64,000 nucleotides of DNA, taken from contig OZ361260.1 of NCBI GenBank assembly GCA_977018835.1, positions 2,914,001-2,978,000 of the forward strand, written 5' to 3'. The notes below the pieces were generated by a model. It did not search any database, was not told the DNA's origin, and saw only the letters and a program-made list of their open reading frames with translations. The stretch comes from Minutocellus sp. GHC0000111. Lineage: Eukaryota. Position 1 is the stretch's first letter. The number at the start of each line of letters is the position of its first letter. Below are positions 36,703 to 49,600 of this stretch, piece after piece. Position numbers and translations under genes: made by a program.

Positions 36703-37162
36703 TAAAGATAAAAATTATTACATGTCCTGTGTATGACGATGTACTTTTGGCCCTAAGGTCAGAAGAATGTAATGTGCTATGCTAGCTAGTTCGTGCAGAT
36801 GATGCTAGCTACTAGAGTGGCCATGAACACATGTAGGACCAGATCGCGCAACGGCGTTTGGAGGTTTTCTCCTCTTACCCTCACTCAATCTGGAGAGTAG
36901 GAATTCCTGTACTCGCTCGAGTTTTTATCTGAAATGGATATCTAAATTTACATCATTCGTCATACTAGCTAGTAGGTGTGGATAGTAACTTGGCCGTGGA
37001 TGATGGTACAATTGTTGGGCTTTGACGATTGGCCGCCCACGATCTCTACTCTAAGTAGCCAGATAGTCTCTTTGCTCTCTTGCGGTAAGTAAAATCAGGA
37101 AGCAACTATTCTTGAATCAAGATGGAGCCAGCAGGGAATGCCCTCCTTGCTCATTTACAAAT

Positions 37163-37600
37163 TTAATTGCCAGGGGCGGACTCTTCCAGATCGACGAGGG
37201 CCAAAATGGCGTCGGTAAAGGATGATGGGTGGAGTTCCCGTTCACGGGGGTGGAAGAGCCGGGTGGGATCTTCGTTGTTGTGGTGATTGAGTCGATGGGA
37301 TCGACGGTTACTTCGGTAGCGTCTCCTCCTCGGCATACTACTTGTCTCTTCGGCATCATCTGCGTTCTGTCTATCGTCCTTGTGGTGTTCGTCTTCATCG
37401 TTGAGTCCATCGACGTAGACCATAACGACGACGTCTTCCTCCTGCTCTAGTTCCTCGGTGACGGCATCATCTGTTGTTGTTGTTGTTGTTCTTGTCGACC
37501 TGGTGGTGTGATGATCCGTGCACGATGCCGCCGCAGAGTATGATGAGCTATCGTCGCGATCGCTGCTGCTCGCAGCAGTATTGCGGGAGCTTGTTGTCAT
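37163..37600 (-). other. Low-complexity coding-like fragment (possible gene relic)
   Basis: Thr/Asp/Glu-rich ORF with an ATG near 37600; stops follow soon after; no domain recognised. Confidence 0.25.
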
Positions 37601-38224
37601 GGCAGAAGCACTGAGGTTAGTTTGATTGTTGCTGATGATCATGTCTTCTGCAACTCAACTCGTTCAATATTTATGAACATTCCTTGGAGTTGCCGCGGTT
37701 TTGTAGCTGTCCGTTGTAGCCTGTTTGCTTCGATGGCCACGCAGAAAGTCAGATGCCACACAGAAAGTCAAAATCAATCATGGCCAATCCCACACAGAAA
37801 GTTCCTGATAACCTCGGAAACTCCTACTTGGCCTCTTGGCCCCATAAGTTCTGACAAACATGCATGAAATAACATGACGAATTCAAAGCATCGTACCTAG
37901 GTACAGCAATTCTTAGGCTACACTGTCGTTGATCATGACGTCAATGTTCTCTCGAAATTGAAGGTGGAAAATTGCTCCCGCAAATTTACAGGGGGATAAT
38001 TTAAAACGGGGAAGTAGAAAGTTCTGGGGCTTTTGTACTCGTGGCCTCGTGGCGTGTTCTTTAGTGTGTGCTTTTCGACTGTGCTGAAATCTGAAGGTGG
38101 AAAACCGGCCCGGCTCGTTTTGCCCAAAACTGTGCCGCCGATAGCTGGCCGTACCACAACCTTGCCTTCAATACACCGACGTAGGTATACATCTAACCTA
38201 CGTATATATGATTAGACGAGACCA

Positions 38225-41200
38225 ATGACGCCTCAAGATGCTGTCGATCGGCCCGTGGTGACGGCAACGGTGGCGCTGACGCTCCTTCTTCTCGGATCGG
38301 TCGTCGCCTATGCCAACGATGAAATTGAAGCTGTCCCTACCCGCACTCGTAGCAATGGCACAGCCGACGAATTGGGGGGCAGCAGTAGCGCTGGCGCTGG
38401 CCTGCATGTGCCGGTGGCAGCAATATCGGCTCCGACCACTGCCACATTGCCTTGTCACACAGTAACGAGCTGGTCCGATCTAGCGGCTGCAATCGACGCC
38501 ACGGCGGTGGCAGCAGCCGAGCAAATTGCCCGTTACGAGAACGCCCAAGACGAAAACAACCACATCGATCATCCTCCTTCCCTTCGGCCGCCACAGCCGC
38601 CGGTTCTTCTCCTCTGTCCGTTCGACATTGTTCACGACGGCGCCGATGATGATGGATACGATATCACCACTCCTGATCTGACCGTGGTGTGCTGGAAGGG
38701 TGCCCTCGGTGGTAGCGACGACGACGCCTGCACCATCACGGGGACGGCCCGACATTTCAACATTGCCGCCGACAATGTCAACCTTGCTGGGATAAGCATT
38801 AAGGGGAGCCGGAATGGAGCGGTTGTTGTGAACGATAGAGTCCAGGGGACGACCTTTGTGGGGAATGAATTCGTGGAGTAAGTGGGCTGTGAATAGTTCG
38901 TTTCATTCATTCATTCATTTCATCAATAAGGATGTTTCTTCTCATCTGCTTGTCCACTGTGCCATCTCATTTCTCATCTTGACCAATTGTGATCATTGTG
39001 TATATCCGTCAATTTTAGCAACACCCTCGAGAGTGGCGATGGTGGTGCGGTTTCGCTCCGTCTCAGGTCATCGGCCACCCTCTTCTCGGGCTGTCTGTTT
39101 TCTGATAATTTTGCCGTGAATGGTGGTGCCATCAGCGGTGACTTCGCCACAGCTACTTTGCATTCTAGTACCATGCATTTCAATGAAGCCACGGGAAATG
39201 TGAGTATACTGGTGGCAATTCTATTTGAGATATTTCTACTCTTTTTGCTTCTGTTTACTCACGTACATCCGCCTTTCGCACTTTCTCCATTTTCGTTTAT
39301 GAAGGGCGGAGGTGTTCACATGCAGGGAGGTCAACCGTACATGTTCAGCGAGTCTCATTCTTCTTTCTTGTACAATGCCGCTTCGGATGGTGAAGGTCCA
39401 GCGATTTGGAGTGATGGTGTTCCGTGTGATTCGGGGGAGCAATTATGCGTGCAACAATGTGGATTGGACAACGAATGTTCCCTGCGATGGAATTTTCAAA
39501 GCGAACGGTGGGGTTTGCGAAGTCTTTGACAATAATTGTCATGCCGGTGTCGATGCAGATGGACGAGCTGGTGGTGGTAGTGATGCTGCTGAGAATGAAA
39601 ACCTTGGTACTGACGGCACTGCTGGTGGAGTCGATTACGAGGACAATATCAGCTCGGACAGGACAGAAAGTCCAACGACGACGCCGAGCGCTAGCCCTTC
39701 TGTGAGCACTCTTCCCACCCTTTTTCCTTCCGTACCACCCACTAGCAATCCATCTATGCGCCCGTCGCGAATTCCCAGTAACATTCCATCGGAAAGTCCG
39801 ACACAAGCGCATTCTGGAGCTCCCAGCACCAGTCCAACAACTTCATCACCGACACCAAATCCCACGCAGATGCATTCCGATGTACCCAGCTCTTCTCCGT
39901 CAACAAGCCCGCCATCACCATCACCTTCTGAAGTTCCGACGGAGGTCCACAGCGATGTTCCAACGTCAGCACCATCCAATGGACCGTCCAATGCACCTAC
40001 AACATCATTTCAACCGACCGCAGCGCCTACGACAAGTCCAACTGTATCACCAACTGGAACTCCATCCTCGAGGCCTAGTAGTAGTCCCTCTGCTTCTCCC
40101 ACGATATCTCTCGTCCCAACACGAGGATGCCACGCAAACGAGGTAGAACGGGCGCAGCAAATATCTGATATTATCATTGAAAATACCGAAACGACCTTCC
40201 AGGATATTTTGAATGATTCCAGCCCTCAGCACAGGGCCTTCCATTGGCTGATGTATGAGGACGAAGTTTATGTTTGTCCTGAAGATAATGGGATTATCCA
40301 GAGATATATTGTGGCGGTGTTCTACTTCGCAACCGGTGGTGATACTTGGACACGCTGCGGAGCTGATAAAGTTCATTCGAGCTGTGATGAGGCAAATGGA
40401 AAGGTTTGCTTCCTGAGTGCTGCTCATGAATGCCAATGGTATGGAATCAGTTGCGATGGGTTCAATTCCATCACGAAGATTGCATATGAGAAAAACAATT
40501 TGAACGGTCAAATCCCGGATGAATTATCCAGCTTGAGTAGCTTGACGACCCTTAGCTTGGAAAAGATGAGCATCCGGGGAACTATTCCTTCCTCATTGGG
40601 ATCCTTGGCCAATTTATTGTCCCTTGACCTTGATTTCAATGATTTGACGGGCACCATCCCCCCAGAACTCGGCAACATTCATGGATTGAAATTACTCGAT
40701 CTCAATGACAACAGATTATCGGGATCAATCGATGCTTTGGCGGGCTTTCACCATTTGTTATTTGCACAGTTACATCACAATGAATTCAGTGGACCAATTT
40801 CATTGGATTTGGGAGATCTTATGGAGCTTCGGGCAGTCACTCTCTTTGGGAATGACCTTACCGGGTCTATTCCGCAGAGTCTTTGCAACAACAAGGTCGA
40901 AAATGGTGGGACTTTACAGCACCTCGAGGTGGATTGTGGGGGAGATAGTCCTGATTTGGCATGTGATTGCTGCTCTCAGTGCTGGACAGAGTCTCCAACG
41001 TCGCATCCCACATTTAGTCCAACACCAGTGCCGACGGCGCTTCCGACACCAGTGGCGAGTGCACCACCAAGCATTTCCGCCTCACCAACAGTGAAATGCA
41101 ATATGGATTTGGTGTCAAGAGCTGTATCATTGCAATCGCTTCTTCGGGATGTATCCGATCCAGTATCAATGGTAACGGAAGGATCGGCACAAAATAGAGC

Positions 41201-42319
41201 GTGGAAGTGGCTACTTGAGGAAGACGAAATGTTCATTTGTCCAAATGACTCCAATGTGACTCAACGATATGTTATGGCGGTCTTTTACCACTCCACACTG
41301 GGAGATTCTTGGTTTTCTTGTGCCGACAACAACAATACTCCCTGTCCTCGAGGAGCCGACACATACCGATGGCTGACTGGAGCGAGTGAATGCAACTGGT
41401 TCGGTGTTGACTGCGATATCAATGGCCTTGTGACAGGAGTTATTTTTGGTGAGTTCCGCGATATTTACTTTACTGGGTGCTTTTGTTTCTTAATTGATTT
41501 TCATCACTGTTGATTTTCATTATTGTGCCACAACTTATTCATTAATCGTTTCGATTGTCCGTTGAATATTTCTCTGCACGTTATGTTTCTGCTACTTAGA
41601 TGACAATGACTTATCTGGACAAATTCCTACCGAGCTCTCATATCTGCACAATTTAGAGGTGATCAAGTTGGAGAATGGTAAAATTGGAGGAACGATTCCT
41701 TCATCACTGGGCAATCTAACAAATCTTCGAGAACTCGATTTGGATTTCAACCTCTTGACTGGATCTATTCCACAAGAACTATCGAACGCTGTTCAATTGC
41801 AAGTCCTTGACCTGAACAACAACTATGATCTGACAGGGAATATGACTCCTCTATCACAGCTAACCAATTTACAATTCATTCAGCTTCATCATACAAAAAT
41901 AACGGGCACAATCCCTGGCGAACTGGGTACCTTGAAGGATTTAGGTGAGTACGCGAGGTTTAACTAAATCTTGCTGGGTACCGATGGTGGAATCCAAATT
42001 TCTCTTATGGGAGAGAATTAGGCTCACCAAACCATATTTTTGCATTTTTTGTTACGGTGCTGTGAACACAGAGACATTATCGGTCTATGCAACGGACCTT
42101 GAGGGCACCATGCCACGGAGTGTGTGCCGAAATCGAAATACGCTAGGAGGTCAGCTCATGAATCTTCAGGCAGACTGTGGTGGTTTCAATCCGGAGGTGA
42201 TGTGCATCTGCTGTTCCATGTGCTTCCCCATGAGACGATTGACTCTCGACACTGCAGCGGTCGCCATGCAGCCCACCGCCATGCCGGTTGTACCGCCCCG
42301 TAGCCTTCCAGCGCCTTAA
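38225..42319 (+). CDS. LRR cluster gene B: signal peptide, N-module, long PT/PS stalk, 2 capped LRR modules; introns 38878-39018, 39200-39304, 41449-41599, 41945-42071; frameshift in the G-run at 39433-39437
   Basis: VALTLLLLGSVVAYA signal; LLCPFDIVH...RHFNIAADNV; GDGGAV/NGGAI repeats; all four introns GT-AG and frame-consistent. Confidence 0.85.
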
Positions 42320-42638
42320 GATCCATTGTGTTATACATATGGTCACCTTTATTTATCAGCATGATGAGAGACTGGCTAGACGTTGCCGGTATTGAGACAT
42401 GGTAGATCTATCTAGACTTTAGTCTTGATTGATAGAGAGATCTCTATCATCTAAATGACTCATCAAACCACCTTCGATCAATCGACCGATCGATTTCAAT
42501 CAAGAAAGGAAACGACGGCGACAACAACAATACAGCAACTACATGTACTTGACTTCTTGTATAATAATTTTATGTTACATGTACACATGTACATTTGGAC
42601 TGATTACTACTACAGTACTATTGGTAGATCTACATGTA

Positions 42639-42848
42639 CAGTCCGTCCCCGAAAATAAGCATGTTCATTCTGGAGCTGAGGTCTCGCTTACTTTGGAATC
42701 AGGCATTTTAATACGAATGAGATACTAGCTAGTATCAATTGCTTCTTTGAGAATAAAGCAATACATGTAGGCACAAATCTGAGGTCTCAAACAAGCCTGT
42801 TGAATATTATGCTAGATCTACCTACAGTACCTTTCGGGGACGGACTTG
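42639..42848. mobile_element. Decayed MITE of about 210 bp related to the 27551-28358 element
   Basis: TA|CAGTCCGTCCCCGAAA ... TTTCGGGGACGGACT(T)G. The interior (GAGGTCTC, GCTTA.TTTGGAAT, CGAATGAG, GAATAA.GCAATA) aligns with 28200-28310. Confidence 0.75.
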
Positions 42849-43698
42849 TCTGCAGACTGACTCTAAATCCATCGCGAGCCTTGAAAAAACAGGGTTTACA
42901 TGTAGCACATGAGCCGATTTTATTTATTGGATTGCGGTTCATCGCCTCGCTTCGTTCTTTCTGCAAATCTTGCGTTCATGTTAATATAATATATAGGAAG
43001 CACTGCTGCCAAGTTCATTTGTCGTGTGTGGTTGGTTCCTCCGTCTTCCCCTCTTTTTAATTTTTTATGTGGCCCTAGATCTAGCTACATAGGAATTCCT
43101 AGAGAGCTACGTAGCTACGTAGTACACTAGCTAGTAGCAACGTAGCAACTTAGCAAGTAGATCTAGCTACTACATGTAGACGACTCGGCAAGGCCATGGT
43201 GTGGCGGGAGCGGAGGGAGAAAGAAACATCTCGCCAAGGGCTCGAAATAAGAGCGACTTGTTCGACTGGCACGATCGATCGATTCCCGATAGGCGGCCTT
43301 TTACCCAAGTGACGCTCATGCAAGCCAAATGAAACGGTAAAACGGAAAAAAGACCGTTGTACTTCCACCATCATATAATATATATGATGACGCTCTCGAG
43401 CAAAAGAGTCGAGAGTCGAGTTGGATACTGCAATACTACGTAGTAGGGCCAAGGTCGCACGTCGTCCAGTCGGCGATTGTATTTCGTACGATCTAATTGG
43501 TTCGATCTGGCATTGTCCAATAAGAGCACAGAGGACTGCTGAAGCACGTCGTCGCGTCGTCGCCTTCAGGATACCGACACATCCCATCACACTCATTCAT
43601 TCCTTTTGCCTTGTTTGGATTTCGGCTCAACCATTATCTGCCTTGAGGGTTGGGAGTGAGTAACTTCTATTCTTAGCTGCCCGTGTCCCCTACACAAG

Positions 43699-46600
43699 AT
43701 GAGGCTGAGATGTAGCCCCTGGGCGCTGGCCGTCCTGCTGTCCGCCTCTGCGGCATCGTCGGCCACTGCGTCGACGACGTCCGAGCGACGCGAGTCGGCA
43801 GAGTCGGCACCTACTAGTACAAGACGAACTTCCCGACAGAGACCAAGCAAGCCCATTGCTCTTGGCGCAGCCTTTGCGGACGGCCTCGACGTTGAGGTGT
43901 ACGCGAGGGAGTACAATCGAATCATGGAGTCCCGGCGTCTCAAAACGATCAACGGTGAAAATGACAGTTTAAACAATGCTGCTGCTGCAGCGAGAGGCCT
44001 CCGAACGGCCTCGTCCGATGAGGGTCGTCACGTATCCACCCTTGGTACCAAAGATGTGTACGATGCAGTGACTGGCCCGGTACACGGCATCGCTCATCGG
44101 GCAGTTGCTCGGGCTAATAGAGCTGCTGCCGCCGCCGCTGCCGCCAGGGGCGCCGCTGAGGATAACGTACGAAGTGGCGAGAAGAGGTCTCTACTCGATC
44201 TGGGCAACGGACTCACCATTGGTCTTGACGATTCCTACGACAACGAGCTCGAGAAGATTCTCACAAATAATCCTGACGATGAGGAGACTGCCGGAGATGG
44301 TGACCGAAATCAACTCAGCCCAAACAACAATCCCGTTGCCACGTCTACTGCCAACGTCATTGCAGACGCCATCGCTTCGACGGCCACAACATCATTATCT
44401 CCGCCAAGGATATCTTCTTCATCCAATGCTGATCCAGATACTTCCTCGCCGTTGACAGCAACCAACAATGATAGGACTTCTGCTCGTGACAAGCTCCTCC
44501 TCGAGCGGGAAGGTAGTGGCGGAGGTGGAGGAGAATCCATCCATCACCGCATCTCGGGCGGCGGGGCCCTTGAAATCTTCCCCCTCCCTACGGACCCACC
44601 AACATCCGCGCCCACTCCAGCAAGGTCAATCTCCCACATCCATTCTACGGTTGGTGGGGAGACGAGTACTGCTGGCACGTCGAGCACCGCTACGACCACC
44701 GTCCCACCCAACGGTGGCGTCCAGGACGACCTCGAGTCCACGTTCGAACGCAGATGCAGCACCATCACGTCGCTCAGCGATCTGAAGAAGGCAATTGATG
44801 ACGCCACGTACTGGTCAAACCTCATAGGTCCCGCCATGGTACGGCTTTGTCCCTTCCATATTTCTGTGGACGACGTAGAAACCAAAGCATTGGCACCTCT
44901 GACCATCAACTCCGTCGGCCTCACCATCGTGTGCGACAAGTCCGACAACCTTCACCTGAGCCAGCCATATACCGCTCGGCCGCGCAATAGAATACCAAGC
45001 ACTAATGCCGATCATTTCCAGACTCCTTCCGAGGATGATAGCAACAGCTGTGTCATAGATGGATCTGGGCATCATCTCGATGTTTCAGCTGATTTTGTTA
45101 CACTTCTGGGGGTAGAATTCCGCGGCAGTACCCATGGCGCAGTGAGTGTTTCGTCCGGCGTGAAGGGCACATCAATCATCGGGTGCACTTTCGATGGCAA
45201 TGACTTGTCACCTCCACCTCCGCTGCCGATAATTTCCGAAGGGATTCTTCTTGAAGGAGGGGTGGGGGAAGCAGGAGATGCCAGTGCAGTTACTGAAGAG
45301 GAGGACGTATCCATATCTATTGGAGGCGTCATATTTAATCGAGAGGGGGGACATGGCGGCGGCCACGGGCATGAAGCTGTGGTCCCTAATCGCAGTGTTT
45401 CTAGGTGGGAAGCTGGTGCTGCTCTCAACCTTGAGGCTGATTCTACTGCAACACTAGTAGCATCGACCACATTCACCCAAAATGTTGCATCAACGGGCGG
45501 AGCAATCGCAGCGGTAGAGTCCGAGCTTTCGGTATATGACAGCCTCTTCTCCTCGAATCGCGCCACCGATGGTGACGGTGGTGCCATCTTAATGATCGGC
45601 GAGGATGACTTCCACAACATTCTGCATGTCACGCAGTCATCGTGGATGTTCAATTCCATTGCAGTAGATCATGATGAGAAGCAGGACGGGGGAGTGGATG
45701 GCGATCATCATTTTCATCACCACCACGGACCGATCATCTACTCTGATGGACTCGTTTGTGATGCTGGATCTAACTTTGCCTGCAAGAACGGTGAATCGAC
45801 AGAATCTCCGAGTGGATTTGCCAGCTTTGACACCATGTTTGACGCTGAGTGCAATGGCCTTTCGAATCATGACACGGTTTGCAAGACTTTCGGGCATGTC
45901 TGCGAGGCAAGCTTTGGAAGTGTTCAACCCAGTGATGGCGACTTGAGCGAAGATTTTCCAAATCTTGCACTTGAATTCGGCGGTGGCGGTGGATCTCATC
46001 CTTATGAAAGCAGCAGCGGTGTCCCTCAGGTTGGTACCGGTAGTGGTGGAAATGGTTTTCCTAGCCCGTCTAGTGGTGGCAGTTTATCGCGAGTGGACCA
46101 GGGTCCGACTTTCATGCCGACCAAGGTTCCTACTGTGCCGCCTTCTCTGTCCCCAACTTCTGCAGCGCCAACAACTGCAAGTCCAACAAAACCCATGGTC
46201 TGTGGAGGAGAGATGGATGTTGAAACACGTGAGATATTGCTCCGTTTAGCAATCACTGCCATTACCGATCTGGACGACTTAATACCAACGGGTATAGAAT
46301 TCACCCCTCAGTGGCGAGCCTTTCGTTGGATCGTTGATGAGGATGAAATGCAGGTCTGTCCTGGGATCGATAAGGACGACAAAATATTGCAGAGATATAC
46401 GGCAGCCGTCTTATACTTTTCTACCGGCGGTGACGACTGGACCCGATGTTCGAGACATCGCACAAGTCCCTGCATTGTTGGCGGACGATTCTTGGGTAGC
46501 AACAGCAAGTGTGTGTGGTATGGCGTCAGCTGTAACCTATCGGGAAAGATTTCCCGCGTCGACTTCGAGGATAACATTCTTGTTGGTGCCATTGCGAGCG

Positions 46601-49600
46601 AATTGGGCAGTCTTGTCGAGCTCACGTCTTTGGCCTTGGAAAAGGGTAATTTACAGGGCACAATCCCATCGTCCTTGGGTCAACTGGGCAAGCTCGAGAC
46701 CTTGGACCTCGATTACAATCGATTATCAGGCGATATACCGTCGGAAATGGTTGGGGCCCAGGCATTGAAAATGATTGATCTGAACGATAATAGGTTGTCC
46801 GGGGGTCTTCAGTATTTTGTCGCAGCTTAATAACTTGGAGCGTCTTTGGGTGCATTCCAATACCCTCGTTGGTTCTCTTCCGAGTGGATTTGGAAATCTT
46901 CCGCGATTGTGTAAGTCTTGGAACTCGTTCTCTAGCTTCATTTGTCTCATTGCTGTACTGTTTGACTGCCAACCTCGTTTCTAATCTATTGTTTGCTATT
47001 TTATATCGTGTATCTTCTCTAATACTCTCCCCCTTTTCTTGCTGCTCCCCCTTTTCTTGCTTCTTGTATACGACGTGATGCGTGATCCGCAGCAACGCTA
47101 TCCCTGTATCACAACGGATTGACTGGCACAATGCCATCGTCGATCTGCTCAAGTCGCTCCCCCAACGGACCACTCGGCCGGTTGAAGGTAGACTGTCTTG
47201 AGGTTTTGTGTACATGCTGTACCAAATGCCACACGTCGGCCCCAACCACGTCCCCATCTAAATCACCGACGCCCGGTCCGACGAGTAAACCTACTCCTCA
47301 TCCGACTTTTTCCCCAACGACAAGTCCCACATTCTCGCCGTCGGCCAAACCAACCACGGGTCGGCCAACAGTTGCCCCCACGGCGTTTCCTACAATATCT
47401 ATGGCGCCTACGCATCGCTGTTTGATGGAAGTGACGCTACGTGATGCACTGATAACCATCGAACTGCAGTCTGTGTCGCATCCGCTCGATCTGGCGGACA
47501 TGACAAAGCCACAGTGGAAGGCAAAGGAATGGATTTTGAGATATGACAGTATGAATCTCTGTCCCGACGATCCGAATCTTATCCAAAGATATACCATGGC
47601 ACTGTTTTACGTCATTACTGGAGGTAATGACTGGAAACGATGTTCGGCCAATAGGTCCAAGTCATCGTGTGATCGACATGTGCGCTGGCTGCACGGCCAT
47701 GAGTGTAGTTGGTATGGAGTGGCTTGTCTGGATGACACAGTGGATCAAATCACTTTGGACGACAACAATGTCGTTGGTGAATTGCCAAATGAATTGTCAT
47801 CTTTGTCAAAACTGCGATCAATTAGCTTGGAAAATGGAGGATTGCACGGCACACTACCATCATCCATCGGCGAGCTTCAGCATCTTGTCAAGATCGATTT
47901 GGATTACAACTACATCACAGGCACGTTGCCAAAATCCTTGGCCTTGGCATCTAACTTGCTGGTACTGGACATGAATAACAATGCTTTGACCGGCCCCATT
48001 GATGTTGTCGGCCAAGTGCCAAGCCTCCGATTTGTTCAGCTCCACAATAATATGCTCAGTGGGACTCCGCCGGGATCTTTGGTTGGTTTGAAATATCTGG
48101 AAGCACTCGAGTTACACAATAACAGCTTCGTTGGGTCGATTCCCGTTGAGATATGTACCAATCGGGATGTTGTTGGAGGCAAACTCAAGCATCTTCGAGC
48201 GGACTGCGCCCCTCCGAATAATCCTCAGGTTTCGTGTAGCTGTTGCACAATGTGTTATCCGTTGGAAACAGACGCTCCGTCCATACCACCGCCCACGTCA
48301 ACGCCGACGGCTCTGCCAACAATACCACCGACGCATGCTCCATCAGGGTTGCCGACGGTCGATTGTAACATGAGCCCATCGGAAAGGTTGGAACAGATTC
48401 AAAGCATTCTTGGCGCTGTCTCCGATCCATTCCTTCTTGCCAATGGTCAAACAAATCAAGGCATGGCAATGGATTGGATCATATTTACCGACGAAAAGCA
48501 AGTATGTCCGGGATCCTTAACGCTTGTACAGCGCTACATCCTTGCTCTTTTCTATTACAACACGCTTGGTAATGACTGGAATAGCTGCTACGCTAACTCA
48601 CCGCTCTTTCCAGCTAGCAACTGGATGAGCTCTGACCATGAGTGTAGCTGGTTTGGTGTTTCTTGCGATGAAGGTGACAAGGTGACGGAAATTAAGTTCG
48701 AGAGCAACAACGTCGCTGGCTCCTTACCAGACGAAATATCTGCGCTGTCTTCCCTCAAGGTGCTGTCGCTCGAAAAGGGATCTCTAGGAGGTACGATACC
48801 TTCAACGTTAGGTCAACTCCATGAACTTATGGTGCTAGACTTGGATTACAATGTAATTGGAGGCTCCATCCCAGTAGAGATATCCACGGCAACGAATCTG
48901 CAAATGGTTGATCTCAATGATAACAATCTCATCGGCAACATCGATGTGTTGACATCTCTCCCGGTATTGCGCTTTATTGATGTTCATTCAACAGGAATAT
49001 CTGGTACGATACCTCCTTCCCTCGGTGGTTTGTCTCAGCTGGGTGAGTATTTCGTTTGAGTAGATTCGGAAATTCAACTTGCTTCATTCATTTTCTAATC
49101 AACTTCATATCTGCTTCAATACTTTGGTTGTACGTCCAACAGAGGTTCTTGTTCTCCACAGCACAAACCTTAAAGGGACGATGCCCATCGGTGTCTGTGG
49201 TATTCCGTCCTTGGTCTCAGTCCAAGCCGATTGTCATGAGCCAGTCAAGGTGGAGTGCTCCTGCTGTACATCATGCTATCCAGTGGGTCCAACGAATTCT
49301 CCAACGGCAGCTCCATTCAGCATCGCAGAGTCTGGGACTGTCGTGCCTGTCAATGGAACTGAAATCTTTACAAATGATGTCTGCAACATGACAAGATCAG
49401 AGAGAGAATTGTGGATCCTCGCCACACTTTCGTTCGACCCTGAGCCACCAGTATCGGATTCAGCGCTCATGCTGGCTCCCTCGACGCCTCAAGGCAAGGC
49501 ATACACTTGGCTCTTAGACTACGATCCGATGCAATTGTGTCCAAGCGCCCCTAACTTGAAGCAGCGATACATCTTGGCTGTTCTCTACTTTGCCACAAAC

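Noticed and set aside
37920..38190. Possible further MITE (TGAAGGTGGAAAA occurs twice)
   Set aside because: No convincing terminal inverted repeat pair found.
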